35,064 nucleotides of DNA from Gammaproteobacteria bacterium (lineage in GTDB: Bacteria > Pseudomonadota > Gammaproteobacteria > GCA-001735895): contig JANTFY010000003.1 in assembly GCA_024763185.1 (NCBI GenBank), forward strand, positions 1-35,064, written 5' to 3'. Below are positions 1 to 10,365 of the stretch, piece by piece. The translations under genes were made by a program, and so were the position numbers. The first letter of the stretch is position 1; each line of letters begins with the position of its first letter. The notes beneath the pieces were generated by a model that was not told the DNA's origin, searched no databases, and saw only the letters and a list, made by a program, of their open reading frames with translations.

Positions 1-252
1 TGGATTATAAACGATCGCAATCCGGCTACGCGCCCCCGCTTCAACACTTTGCAATTCACACAAACGCTCCACTGACACCACTGGCACCATAACGCCTCGC
101 CAGGATATCAGTCCATGAAACCAGTCTTCTTGCGTGTCTTCGGTTTGTGGCTGGGTATAACCGATAATTTCAGCTACGGCCGAATTGGGCAACAACAGCT
201 GAAACTCGTTCAGGGGTAATTGCATACAACGAATTGAATCTGTTTCAGCCAT
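1..252 (-). CDS. chpC: CheW-like adaptor ChpC (5' part; runs off the window edge)
   Basis: Not in the ORF track. Manual translation from ATG at 252 gives MAETDSIRCMQLPLNEFQLLLPNSAVAEIIGY...DWFHGLISWRGVMVPVVSVERL...RIAIVYNP, open to position 1. LLLPNxAVAE and GxxxWRGxxVP are typical of ChpC/CheW, and it lies directly downstream of chpA. Confidence 0.88.
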   Translation of the reverse strand, partial: MAETDSIRCMQLPLNEFQLLLPNSAVAEIIGYTQPQTEDTQEDWFHGLISWRGVMVPVVSVERLCELQSVEAGARSRIAIVYNP

Positions 253-279
253 GATAGTGTTCCGCTTTAAACGTCATTT

Positions 280-3200
280 TCAACCCACCAGATCGGCAAT
301 ATTTTCTATCAACTCCGACTCCTGATAGGGTTTTCCCATATATCGGTTAACCCCGATTTGCATGGCATGCTCACGGTGTTTGGAACCGGTTCGAGAGGTA
401 ATCATGATAATGGGAATATCACGAAACCTGGATTCGTTCTGCATGTGCGACGCCAGTTCAAAACCATCCATTCGCGGCATTTCTATGTCCAGCAACATGA
501 CATCGGGATGATTCTCTTCCAACTGTGCCAGTGCATCCACACCGTCCTTGGCGGTAACCACATCGTACTGATTACGTGTCAATAACTTGGTGGCGACCCG
601 GCGCATGGTTATCGAATCATCCACCACCATCACCAGCTTTTTCGCTGTAGCAGTCGTCGGGACTTCTTCTTTTGCTTCAGCTTCGGCAATTACCTGGGTT
701 GTCACACCGTGTCGTATCAGGCCGTTGATATCCAGAATCAACACCACCAGGCCATCGGCAAGGATACTCGCACCGGACAGGCCTTTAACCTGGCTCAATT
801 GCTTGCCCAGGGGTTTTACCACGATCTCGCGGTTCCCGATTATTTCATCAATATGCAGAGCCACTCTCAAATCACCGGAGCGCAGCAAGATCACCGGCAC
901 CTTGGCCGTGGGATCAGAGACATGAAATCCATTGCTAATGTCGAGCAGAGTGGTCAGGTAAAACAAACCATAGGATTGTCCTGCATAATCCAGCGTCGGT
1001 TTTTCCTGCTGGTAAAACTCCATCATCTGGTCGGACTCGATGCGTGTAATGCCTTCAATATTGATCAAGGGCAAGGCATAGGATTCTTCGCCCGCGCGCA
1101 CCAGGATAGCTTGATTGATGGACAGCGTGAAAGGCAGGCGCGCGGTGAACACAGTCCCTTCCGGACTGGTCGATATCTGCAATGTACCACCCAGTTGTTT
1201 GATGCCGCTATCCACCACATCCATACCGACACCACGCCCCGCAACCTGCGTTACCTGGTCTGCGGTACTGAACCCAGGCTCCAGGATAAACTGGATAATA
1301 TCGTTTTCGGCCAGCGTTTCATTTTCACCCAGCAGCCCCAGTTGCAGTGCTCTTCCGCGCACCTTATCGACATCCACGCCGGCACCATCGTCAGAAATTG
1401 TGACCACCACGTCGGAACCATCACGTGACACGTCGATGGAAATCGTTCCGGTTTCCGGCTTGCCCTTGTTGATCCGCTCTATCGGGGTTTCTATACCGTG
1501 TGAAATGGCATTACGAATAATATGTTCCAGCGGTGCCACCATGCGGTCTAACACCTTGATATCCACTTCGTTGTGCTCACCACTGATTTCGAGTTCGGCT
1601 TTTTTACCCAGCTCAGAGCTGGTCTGGCGCACCAGGCGACGCATGCGCGAGGTCAGACCCGAGAAGCGAACCATGCGACTGCGGATCAAACCATCCTGCA
1701 GATCGGTATTTATCCTTGATTGCTGCAGTAACAGGGTTTCGGAATCCTTAACCTGATCACCGAGTATGTGCTGCAGGCTCGACAAATCATCAACCGATTC
1801 GCTCAGGGCCTTGGATAACTCCTGGATCTGGGTATAACGATCCATCTCCAACGGATCAAAACTCTGTGTCAGCTCGGCATCCTGACGGTGACTGAAATGG
1901 ATTTGCGCATCGGTTTCGGCCTCCAATGCGCGTAATTGATTTTTCAGGCGTAAGATCGTTTGCCCCAACTCGCCCAGATTGGAACCGAAGGAGGACACCT
2001 GTTGCTCCATTCGGGCGCGATAGATACTGACCTCGCCCGCAGAATTCACCAGATTATCCAGCAGATCGGAACGCACCTTGACAACATCCTGGTCGCTACT
2101 GCGTCGATCCTGTGCAGGGGCATCAGTGACACGACGATGATGCTGATCGGGGTGTCGCTTTTCCTCAAACTCGATCTGGTCCGGCTCAAGGGCCTTAGCA
2201 CCTGCTTCAGCGCCCTCTGTTACCTGCTCTGTCTCCCTGCGATCATTGACAGGCTGACCGTTGCGTAATTGTTGCAGCAAGCCGATCTGTTGTTGCGAAG
2301 AATCCAGCGGCTGGTGATTTTTTGCCTGCTCCACTTGCTTCTGTAATAGATCAAAACTGTCGTGCAGGGACGCTATCAGGTCTTCGGACTTATCAACCCG
2401 GTTATCAATCAAGGCAATAAACAGGGATTCAAGCTCATGGCTCAGGTCACTGATCGCCTCAAAGCCTGCCATCTTGGCTCCACCCTTAAGCGTATGCAGG
2501 TAGCGCTGCAGCTCCATGACCAGGCCAAAACTGGGCGCATCATCATTTTCCACATCCTGCTCTGCCCATGCGTGCAGGGTATGGTCACTCATCTCCAGCA
2601 GGTCCGTCGCCTCTTCGATGAAAATCTCGACCAGCTCATCATCATACTCGGTTTCATGTGACGTGCTGGCCTCATTCATCATCGTCAAGGTATCAATGAA
2701 CTGGCTGGAGGGTTGATCATCCTGATCGGGCAATTCAACGGTGTGGTTGTCCAGTGACTCCATCAGGTTTTCAAGATCCTGTTTCAGGGAGTCATCTAGC
2801 TCTGGCATGGTATGGGTTTCAACCAGCTCCCGGGTCATCTGGGAAATGGCCTCACTACCCTGTTGGTAAAGCTGTAAAACTTCATCATCAAAGGCTGAAC
2901 CCTGTTCGAGGATGACCTTTAAGGGTTTTTCCAGCAAGCTTGCCAGCTGCCCTATAGGGCCTATATCCGCAGTACGTGAGGCGCCATTGATGGTGTGCAG
3001 TGCGCGGTAAAGATCTTCTGTGGGAACTAATTCCGACTCTTTTTCTGACTGCTCAAGGACGGAATTTACGGTGTTTAGGTGCGACTCGACCTCTTGTTGG
3101 TAGATTATCAGCAGTTCCGGGTCGAGCTGTAACCCGTTTGTTTCTGTCGTCAACGGCAGATCTGTTTCGGGTAGCCGGGTTTCGGACAGGACTTCCTCTA

Positions 3201-6200
3201 CCTCTCCGCCAGGCATGGCCTCCATTTCGTTTAATACGAAAGGGTCCGGGGGGGTCTCCTCTTGTGATATTTCAGCTTCAGCTAAAGTTACTTCCGCTGC
3301 ATAAGTTTGCTGCATGTCATCGCTGGTTTGCTGTTCAGCGCCAACGGGCTCTTCTGGTTCAGCTATCTGCGCATGCTCCGGCTCTTCGGTGGCTTCCTCC
3401 CCCTCCTGTTCCGTTTTTAAGGGCTCCGAAATCTGCTCGGCAGCCTGGTGCTTGGTCTGTCTGATCTCCAGCACCTGATCCGCTTTAAATTCAGCCAGGG
3501 CTCTTGCCAGTCCACGCAGATAGGGAATATCGGCAACCGGGGGTTTCTCTGTTTTTAATTCTTCCACCAATTGCGGCAAAGCTTCTGCAGACAGACCGAT
3601 TGCATCGATAACCTGCTCCGAGGGCATGACACTTTTATCAATTATCCGGTTTAGCAGATTTTCATAGTCCCAGGCAAATTCGCCAATTTTCATGGCGCCA
3701 ACCAAACGTCCCGATCCCTTGATGGTGTGAAATGAACGACGGATATTTTTCAATGCATTTTCATCTTCCGGATGCAGCTTCCAGTCCTGTTGCTGCTGGC
3801 GGATATTCTCTGACTCCTCTTCGGCTTCTTCCAGATAGATTTCCAGGATTTCTTCATCGCTACCGGGTTTTAATACCGGCATATCATCCATAACCGGAAT
3901 GACTTTTACTGTGCCTGTTTCGGACTCTGGCTCGCTCTCAGGCTCAGCCTCCTGCAGCTCTTCAGCCACCATTTCCGGCAATGGCTCTGCTTCAAATTCC
4001 TGCTCTACTTCTGCCTCAGCCATTTGCTCTGGTACCGATTCAGGTTCCTGCTCCAGTTCTATTTCAAGTTCTGGTGTCGGCTCGGATTCCTGTACCACCT
4101 CAGGCTCAGGTTCAAATACCGGTTCTGGCTGTGGTGTTTTCAGTGCTTCCACAATCGGTTCAGGTTGTTCAACATCTGCACTTTGCCAACCTTCAACACC
4201 GGGGTCTTCGCTATAATCCGGCTCAGGCGCAACATCAACCTCTGCAATCGGCAGCTGGGGTGGCTCCATATCCACAAGGGGCTCAAGCACCTCTGTTCCC
4301 TCGAACACAATCTCCTGATCCGCTTGTTCTGCCTGCACTTCTTCCTGTTTATTCTCGGCCTCCGCTGGCGCTTCCTGCTCAAGTGGTTGCGGAACACCCA
4401 TCACCACCGTTTGTTCAATCGACTCCCGGTCGTTGTCACTGATTGGCGCGTCCTGTTGTCCGATATTTTCTTCGTTAAAAGACTCTGACGGCTCCGAGTG
4501 AATAACTTCAGATTCTGGTGTTGCTCCGTTTAGCGGTTCTCTCACAACCTCCTGCAGTGCCTCAGCAGGGATCTGGACCGTTGGCTCACCGGCCTCTTGT
4601 TGCACTAATGGCGAGATGACTTGAGTGGATTGCTGGTCTGTATCAGATGTTTGCGCGGGTTGTGTATCAAGAACACCCTCAAGTTGTTCGAGGTCTGTAT
4701 GGATAGCGCTGACCACACTGTCCACCGATGGTTTCTCGTCAACTTCTGTCTTTGCTGCCTCGTGCTTGGCCTCTGCCGCCTCGGCATCAACTGCTAAGCC
4801 AGCTTCCCGGTTATCCCGGTCCACCTCCAGTAACACGGTTGCTTCGATATTCTCCTCGACTTCTTCATCCACTTCATCAATCAGTAGATTTTCCTGGTCT
4901 TCTAGCGGCGGCTCAGATTCTCCAGAGCCTTTTGATTTACCTTCGAGCAGCAACCGCAGTTGGTTGTCAGCGAAATCAAGGATAGATTCGGCATCACTGC
5001 GCTGTTCTCCCAGTGCCTCCAGAAAATATTCAATACTGACCACGACCTGAGACAACTGGTCAAGCCGATGAGTATCCATGAATTCGGCGATATCCTGCTC
5101 TTTAAGATAGCGCACCAGGCCATCGACAACCGAAACAGCACGCTCCTGATTGAGCAAATCCAACGCCCCCCGGGTTTCCATCAACAGCGTTTTACATAAC
5201 TCCAGATTCTGTGACTTCGTTGAATCCTTGATAAAGTCCAGAATGGCATCCTTAACCTTTTGAATATCATCGAGCGCAGCCGTTACCACGCCGGACAACA
5301 TATTGTCCATTTCGAAATTTTTCGACGCTGTCGTACCCGTAACCTCTTGATCATCCTGTTGAACAAGCTGGCCCTTGTGCATCAGTTCGAGTGCCTGATC
5401 CACTTGTAACAACTCGGCTGCCATGGCAAGGAATTTTTCCTGATCGGGTTGTTCTTTACCTTCAACCACATCCGAGATTAATTTGATCTGCGCCTCGATA
5501 ACCTGACGCTGGGGTCCAAGCCCTATCATCGCCAGGGTATCTGAAATAACGTGTAATTCGCGTGGAATTTCTATTAACTGGTCGGTTTGGGCCATGTCTC
5601 CATTGACATACACCTCCACCGAAGACTTGACCTGCTCAAGATCGGCCTTGACAGCATCGGATACCGTTTTCAACAGCTCCTGATTGGGTCCGGCGATATT
5701 GGCTTCGTTCTTATCATCGTCAGCCGGCAAAAACTGTTCCAGTCGGTAGGCGGTTTTAATCGCCTGACTTTTAGGCCCGTCACACTCCGGTTGCGCAATG
5801 TAATACAGAAAGTTTTTAATCAACTCGATCGGTTGCTGACGTAATAACTCTTTCTCACCTTTTAAAATCATGTTGCGGAAAATCTGGTCGACTTTTCCCA
5901 TCAACATCTTGACCGACATGCCCAGGCTCAGATCGTCACGAGATACCGACTCTATCAGGGCCCCTACTATCCACCAGAAGCGCGCTACCTGCTCGGATGA
6001 GGAACGCTCCTCCATGATCTCGGTAATTTTTTCCAGGCGTTTCAGGTTTTTATCAACATCTTTGTCGCGGATGACGCCTAACAGGGAAAACTGGTAAGCG
6101 GTGCGCACCTTTTTCGCCAGTAAACGGGATGCCTGGTTTTTATCATCATCGATGGCATCGACTTCGCTGTCATCCATATGCATGGACAGGTCAGGCAGGA

Positions 6201-6618
6201 ATAATAATTTCTCGGAAAATAAATCCTCGTTCTTTGCTGCCCTGATATCGTTCAGAATGGGCAGGATGGAAATCGGAATATCTTTATGTCCGGCCTGAAT
6301 ATGTTCCAGATAATCAGGTAACTGCAGTACGGCCCGTAACAGCACCTCGAGAGCCTGCTCATCCTGCTGCTCGTTTTTAGCAATATGCTCACACAGGGAG
6401 CGCATTTCTTCGGTCAGCATGGCCGCACCATACTGCTCGATCATGGTTAATACGCCCTGCGTATCAGCCAGTTTTGATTGCACTGAACTCAGTATCGAAG
6501 CATCCTTCTCTTCGATATAAATATTGAGTTCACTGCGTATCGTGGCAAGATTGTCATCAATGGACTTTTTCACCCATCCCAAGGCACTTTGTTTTATGGA
6601 TGTATGTTTAAAATCCAT
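280..6618 (-). CDS. chpA: Pil-Chp hybrid histidine kinase ChpA (multiple Hpt, HATPase, CheW and C-terminal receiver domains)
   Basis: Hpt motifs FHTIKGSGR, LHTINGASR and LHTLKGGAK; kinase boxes HIIRNAISHGIE, DDGAG and GFST..VAGRGVGMDVV; CheW domain; receiver VVDDS...LLDIEMPRMDG...KP. ATG at 6618 preferred (AAGG upstream) over TTG at 6624. Confidence 0.96.
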   Translation of the reverse strand: MDFKHTSIKQSALGWVKKSIDDNLATIRSELNIYIEEKDASILSSVQSKLADTQGVLTMIEQYGAAMLTEEMRSLCEHIAKNEQQDEQALEVLLRAVLQLPDYLEHIQAGHKDIPISILPILNDIRAAKNEDLFSEKLLFLPDLSMHMDDSEVDAIDDDKNQASRLLAKKVRTAYQFSLLGVIRDKDVDKNLKRLEKITEIMEERSSSEQVARFWWIVGALIESVSRDDLSLGMSVKMLMGKVDQIFRNMILKGEKELLRQQPIELIKNFLYYIAQPECDGPKSQAIKTAYRLEQFLPADDDKNEANIAGPNQELLKTVSDAVKADLEQVKSSVEVYVNGDMAQTDQLIEIPRELHVISDTLAMIGLGPQRQVIEAQIKLISDVVEGKEQPDQEKFLAMAAELLQVDQALELMHKGQLVQQDDQEVTGTTASKNFEMDNMLSGVVTAALDDIQKVKDAILDFIKDSTKSQNLELCKTLLMETRGALDLLNQERAVSVVDGLVRYLKEQDIAEFMDTHRLDQLSQVVVSIEYFLEALGEQRSDAESILDFADNQLRLLLEGKSKGSGESEPPLEDQENLLIDEVDEEVEENIEATVLLEVDRDNREAGLAVDAEAAEAKHEAAKTEVDEKPSVDSVVSAIHTDLEQLEGVLDTQPAQTSDTDQQSTQVISPLVQQEAGEPTVQIPAEALQEVVREPLNGATPESEVIHSEPSESFNEENIGQQDAPISDNDRESIEQTVVMGVPQPLEQEAPAEAENKQEEVQAEQADQEIVFEGTEVLEPLVDMEPPQLPIAEVDVAPEPDYSEDPGVEGWQSADVEQPEPIVEALKTPQPEPVFEPEPEVVQESEPTPELEIELEQEPESVPEQMAEAEVEQEFEAEPLPEMVAEELQEAEPESEPESETGTVKVIPVMDDMPVLKPGSDEEILEIYLEEAEEESENIRQQQQDWKLHPEDENALKNIRRSFHTIKGSGRLVGAMKIGEFAWDYENLLNRIIDKSVMPSEQVIDAIGLSAEALPQLVEELKTEKPPVADIPYLRGLARALAEFKADQVLEIRQTKHQAAEQISEPLKTEQEGEEATEEPEHAQIAEPEEPVGAEQQTSDDMQQTYAAEVTLAEAEISQEETPPDPFVLNEMEAMPGGEVEEVLSETRLPETDLPLTTETNGLQLDPELLIIYQQEVESHLNTVNSVLEQSEKESELVPTEDLYRALHTINGASRTADIGPIGQLASLLEKPLKVILEQGSAFDDEVLQLYQQGSEAISQMTRELVETHTMPELDDSLKQDLENLMESLDNHTVELPDQDDQPSSQFIDTLTMMNEASTSHETEYDDELVEIFIEEATDLLEMSDHTLHAWAEQDVENDDAPSFGLVMELQRYLHTLKGGAKMAGFEAISDLSHELESLFIALIDNRVDKSEDLIASLHDSFDLLQKQVEQAKNHQPLDSSQQQIGLLQQLRNGQPVNDRRETEQVTEGAEAGAKALEPDQIEFEEKRHPDQHHRRVTDAPAQDRRSSDQDVVKVRSDLLDNLVNSAGEVSIYRARMEQQVSSFGSNLGELGQTILRLKNQLRALEAETDAQIHFSHRQDAELTQSFDPLEMDRYTQIQELSKALSESVDDLSSLQHILGDQVKDSETLLLQQSRINTDLQDGLIRSRMVRFSGLTSRMRRLVRQTSSELGKKAELEISGEHNEVDIKVLDRMVAPLEHIIRNAISHGIETPIERINKGKPETGTISIDVSRDGSDVVVTISDDGAGVDVDKVRGRALQLGLLGENETLAENDIIQFILEPGFSTADQVTQVAGRGVGMDVVDSGIKQLGGTLQISTSPEGTVFTARLPFTLSINQAILVRAGEESYALPLINIEGITRIESDQMMEFYQQEKPTLDYAGQSYGLFYLTTLLDISNGFHVSDPTAKVPVILLRSGDLRVALHIDEIIGNREIVVKPLGKQLSQVKGLSGASILADGLVVLILDINGLIRHGVTTQVIAEAEAKEEVPTTATAKKLVMVVDDSITMRRVATKLLTRNQYDVVTAKDGVDALAQLEENHPDVMLLDIEMPRMDGFELASHMQNESRFRDIPIIMITSRTGSKHREHAMQIGVNRYMGKPYQESELIENIADLVG
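3865..4945 (-). repeat. Low-complexity acidic Glu/Pro-rich linker inside ChpA
   Basis: Translation includes EPVFEPEPEVVQESEPTPELEIELEQEPESVPE...EAEPESEPESE. About 350 aa between the N-terminal helical bundles and the first canonical Hpt; boundaries approximate. Confidence 0.7.
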
Positions 6619-6630
6619 GCTCAACCTTTA

Positions 6631-8775
6631 CTAAGCCTGTTTATATTCTTGATCGATATTGGGCAGATCATTCACATCGTGAATAATCGTGCTGTCTACC
6701 ATTTCCACCCCGGGCAGTTTAAAACCGGCCACAGATCGGTGTAGCGCCTTAACCATGTTGGAAAGCTCACCAATCGATTCGGAGGCTTCCGCTGATCCGT
6801 CAGAGGTTTTCAGAGTGATTTTCTGAATTTCATTCATCGATTCGGTAATATCCACACTGTCTTTTGCATGCTTCTGGGTCGCGTTGGAAATCTGCAAAAT
6901 ACGTTGCGCGAGGTTGGTGGATACGGTTTCGATCTTATCCAGCGCGCTACCCGCATCTTCTGCCAGGTTTGCCCCTTCCACCACGTTGGAGGTACTTTGC
7001 TCCATCGAGGAAATGGCTTCGTTGGTATCGGTCTGGATGGTTTTTACCAGTGCCTCGATCTGCTTGGTTGCATCACCGGTTCTTTCCGCCAGTCGCTGAA
7101 CTTCGTCGGCAACCACCGCAAAACCACGGCCGGCTTCACCCGCCATCGACGCCTGTATGGCTGCATTCAATGCCAGAATATTGGTTTGGTCAGAGATCTC
7201 AGTAATCAGGTTTACGATATCGCCGATTTCCTGGGAGCTTTCTCCCAGGCGCTTGATCCGCTTGGAGGTTTCCTGAATCTGTTCTCGAATCGATTCCATA
7301 CCGGATATTGTTTTACGCACTGTCTCTCCACCTTTGTGCGCTATGTTCACTGAGTTTCTGGCTACATCGGCCGAGTCTGAAGCATTCTTCGACACTTTAC
7401 TCATACTTTCCGATATCTCTGTGATCGAAGAGCTGGCTGCAGAAATCTCACGCGCCTGCTGTTCACTGGAACTGGCCAGTTCACGTGTTGTGGACTGGGT
7501 CTTTTTTACAGCCGTGGTTACATGTTCAGCCGTATCATTGATGGTACCCACCAGGTCGCGAAGCGCATCGATGGAGTAGTTCACGGAATCGGCTATAGCA
7601 CCGGTAATATCCTCGGTCACCGTGGTGTGCGTGGATAAATCACCATCAGCGAGGTTGGTCATTTCATCAAGCAAACGCAGGATCGCTCGCTGATTTCGTT
7701 CGTTTTGCTCCTGTGATTCAGTCAGCTGCCTGGCTGAATCCCTTACCAGTTGTACCCCCAGCAATATCAGGAGAATAACCGCAACAATACCAGCCACGTA
7801 TGCCAACAGGTTGAATATCTGCAAGCGGTCGTCGTACTGCGAAATACTGCTTTCAAAATCCCGCGAAGCTTTCAGAAGCTTGGGACTGATCGCCTGAATA
7901 TCACTGGCTGCATCCCTTACCTCAAACAATTGCGGGGAGTTTTGCAGGATCTGGTTTACATTCTTTTTAACCACCGAAAAAAGATCTGCCAGTTGCAGTA
8001 ACTGGCCGACCACTTCATCACCGGTAAACTGGTTAATTCCCAACTCCTTGTTGCCTTCCAGCATGGCAATCAGGATACGTTCAATCAGCGCCGTTTCGCG
8101 ACCAAACTGGTCTGCCGCGGCCATGACCACGTCACCGCCATTCATAATCTGGTTAAGACTGTTTTGCACACTCTGTATCAATGCCAACTGCCTTGAGGCG
8201 GTGGCTATGTCACTTCGGGCCGCCTTGCTTTTTACCAGTATTTTGACCACTTCATCCGAAATAACCAGCAACTCCGGAATCGACTCGTTGATCAGCGTGA
8301 CATACTCGCTTACGGTCTCGATGGATTCACGCGCTTCCAGAATAGTGACGATACCCTGATTGTATTCACTCCAGGCGGATTCGATATTTTCCAGGCCTTC
8401 CTGCAGTTCAAACGGAATGGGTGGCAAATTTTGATCACTGTCACCCGCTTTCAAACGGTTAAGGGTACTGACAAATCGCGCCTGGTATCTTTTCAACTGA
8501 ACAAATGCCGCTGAATTACCGATCGAGGCTTCCAGCGCGAAGGTGGCAATCTGCTGAGAGACAACCTGTTGCTCATTGGCTATGGAGGCATAGGCCTTAC
8601 CATATCGCGCCTGAATCGTTTCGTAATTAAACAGGAACACCATGACCAGAATGGATAAAATGATGCCAAACGAATAAATCAGAATTAATTTATTACCCTT
8701 AGCAGCCGTTCTACCTGACTGCCCACCCGTTTTGCCAGATGAAAACATACCTTTAAATTTATCCAGTAGCGGCAT
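6631..8775 (-). CDS. pilJ: Methyl-accepting chemotaxis protein PilJ
   Basis: Two TM segments flanking a periplasmic domain, a HAMP region (NLADGDLS...[12 protein letters not shown]) and the signalling hairpin [39 protein letters not shown] 8775 follows a G-rich RBS; GTG 8781 is the alternative start. Confidence 0.95.
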   Translation of the reverse strand: MPLLDKFKGMFSSGKTGGQSGRTAAKGNKLILIYSFGIILSILVMVFLFNYETIQARYGKAYASIANEQQVVSQQIATFALEASIGNSAAFVQLKRYQARFVSTLNRLKAGDSDQNLPPIPFELQEGLENIESAWSEYNQGIVTILEARESIETVSEYVTLINESIPELLVISDEVVKILVKSKAARSDIATASRQLALIQSVQNSLNQIMNGGDVVMAAADQFGRETALIERILIAMLEGNKELGINQFTGDEVVGQLLQLADLFSVVKKNVNQILQNSPQLFEVRDAASDIQAISPKLLKASRDFESSISQYDDRLQIFNLLAYVAGIVAVILLILLGVQLVRDSARQLTESQEQNERNQRAILRLLDEMTNLADGDLSTHTTVTEDITGAIADSVNYSIDALRDLVGTINDTAEHVTTAVKKTQSTTRELASSSEQQAREISAASSSITEISESMSKVSKNASDSADVARNSVNIAHKGGETVRKTISGMESIREQIQETSKRIKRLGESSQEIGDIVNLITEISDQTNILALNAAIQASMAGEAGRGFAVVADEVQRLAERTGDATKQIEALVKTIQTDTNEAISSMEQSTSNVVEGANLAEDAGSALDKIETVSTNLAQRILQISNATQKHAKDSVDITESMNEIQKITLKTSDGSAEASESIGELSNMVKALHRSVAGFKLPGVEMVDSTIIHDVNDLPNIDQEYKQA

Positions 8776-8806
8776 AGACACCCCCCATTAAAAAATTACT
8801 CATGGT

Positions 8807-9340
8807 TTAAACCACCTTAAGAAATTGCTCATGATTCACCAGTTTTTCGATGCTAAACACGTTCCACTGTGACTGTTCATCATTGAAAACACCATCCAGA
8901 TAAGGCTTAAGCACACCCATCCCGCCAGCATCTGATTGTTGCTTCGACTCCGGCTTAAATCGCCTTAACCCAAACACCTCTTCGACCAGCAACCCGGCCA
9001 CCACGTCATGCCTGTTAATCACCAGGATTCGACGTTGAGATGCTGAATCGATGTAATCCCCATTCAAATACAGGTTCATATCCAGGATCGGCATCAATGT
9101 TCCTCGCACGTTCGCCAGACCTTTAACCCAGGTTTTTACCCCCGGCACCCGGATCGTACCCGGTGGCGGTAATATTTCTGCCACTTCACTCATGGCTGCG
9201 ATCAATTTTTGCCCGTTCAGACGAAAACCGATTCCAACCCAGTCTTCAGCCACCTTGGTGCCACTGGGCAACCCCCTGGCGTTTACACGGCACTGGTGAT
9301 CTATGTCCTGTAGCAGCTCAAATGGCGTGGTAGCGACCAT
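8807..9340 (-). CDS. pilI: CheW-like protein PilI
   Basis: WVGIGFRL...VAEIL...VPGVKTWVKGLANVRGTLMPILD; located between pilH and pilJ. Confidence 0.93.
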   Translation of the reverse strand: MVATTPFELLQDIDHQCRVNARGLPSGTKVAEDWVGIGFRLNGQKLIAAMSEVAEILPPPGTIRVPGVKTWVKGLANVRGTLMPILDMNLYLNGDYIDSASQRRILVINRHDVVAGLLVEEVFGLRRFKPESKQQSDAGGMGVLKPYLDGVFNDEQSQWNVFSIEKLVNHEQFLKVV

Positions 9341-9344
9341 TGAG

Positions 9345-9707
9345 CTAATTTAAGACCTTTTTGATACGGCCGATCAGATCCGCCTCATTGGCCGGTTTTA
9401 CGATGTAATCCTTGGCGCCTTGCCGCATACCCCAGATCTTGTCGGTTTCCTGATCCTTGGTGGTAATGATAATGACCGGAATTTTGGCCGTAACCGGATT
9501 TCGACTTAAATCACGCGTCGCCTGAAAACCGTTTTTGCCCGGCATTACCACATCCATCAAAATACAGTCCGGTTGAATTTCGATCGCTTTTTCGATGCCT
9601 TCTTCGCCATTAGTGGCCACAGACACCTGTATCTGGTTTTTTTCAAGAATGGTTTTGAAGACATGAACCTCGGTGGGAGAATCGTCAATAATTAAAATAT
9701 GAGTCAT
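9345..9707 (-). CDS. pilH: Single-domain response regulator PilH
   Basis: ILIIDDSPTE...ILMDVVMPGKNGFQATR...TKDQETDKIWGMRQGAKDYIVKP, a classic PilH signature. Confidence 0.95.
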   Translation of the reverse strand: MTHILIIDDSPTEVHVFKTILEKNQIQVSVATNGEEGIEKAIEIQPDCILMDVVMPGKNGFQATRDLSRNPVTAKIPVIIITTKDQETDKIWGMRQGAKDYIVKPANEADLIGRIKKVLN

Positions 9708-9740
9708 AACCTTAATCCTCTTAGTAAACTAACCGATGGG

Positions 9741-10160
9741 TTACGCCCCGTTAACATGGGATGTAATCGCACCAATCAGGTCTTCTTTGGAAAAGGGTTT
9801 GGTTAAATACTCTTCCGACCCGACAATACGCCCTCTTGCACGATCAAAAATACTGTCTTTACTCGACAGCATAATGACCGGCGTGGCTTTAAAGGTCTGG
9901 TTATTTTTAATCAGTGCACAGGTCTGATAGCCATCAAGCCTTGGCATCATGATGTCCACAAAGATAATATCCGGATGATGTTCTGTAATTTTAGACAGGG
10001 CTTCAAAGCCATCGGTCGCGGTTACAACATCACAACCCACCTTCTTGAGTAAAGTTTCTGCACTTCTTCGTATTGTTTTACTGTCATCAATCACCATCAC
10101 CTTAACATTTAACTGCAAGGCTTCAGCTGGATTGCCTGACTGTTGAGACTCGTCGCTCAC
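9741..10160 (-). CDS. pilG: Single-domain response regulator PilG
   Basis: KVMVIDDSKTIRRSAETLLKKVGC...FVDIMMPRLDGYQTCALIKNN...RGRIVGSEEYLTKPF; GTG start preceded by GGGGGAG. Confidence 0.96.
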   Translation of the reverse strand: MSDESQQSGNPAEALQLNVKVMVIDDSKTIRRSAETLLKKVGCDVVTATDGFEALSKITEHHPDIIFVDIMMPRLDGYQTCALIKNNQTFKATPVIMLSSKDSIFDRARGRIVGSEEYLTKPFSKEDLIGAITSHVNGA

Positions 10161-10195
10161 ATCTCCCCCGATTCGATTAAGGTTGATCTTCTGTC

Positions 10196-10233
10196 AACTC
10201 GTTAACAGTCGATTATAGACAGTTTTACGAGTT
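10196..10233. promoter_or_regulatory. Imperfect inverted repeat centred on a putative pilG -10 box (TATAAT on the minus strand, 10212-10217)
   Basis: AACTCGT-taa-CAGTC-gattata-GACAG-tttt-ACGAGTT; the outer 7-bp arms pair perfectly. Confidence 0.4.
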
Positions 10234-10365
10234 AAACCAGTAATTTAATAAAAAATTATAAAGTAAATTCTACGCTAATATTTAATACCGGCAAGCGCCG
10301 AAACATTTTCCAAAAAACCCTAAAAACAGTAAAATACCGGTATATACATCTATATAGACTTTTCT

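Noticed and set aside
358-8359. Many plus-strand ORFs (60-240 aa) within chpA and pilJ, including Ser-rich 3899-4216
   Set aside because: Antisense shadows of long, well-supported genes with no motifs; the Ser-rich ones mirror the Glu-rich linker.
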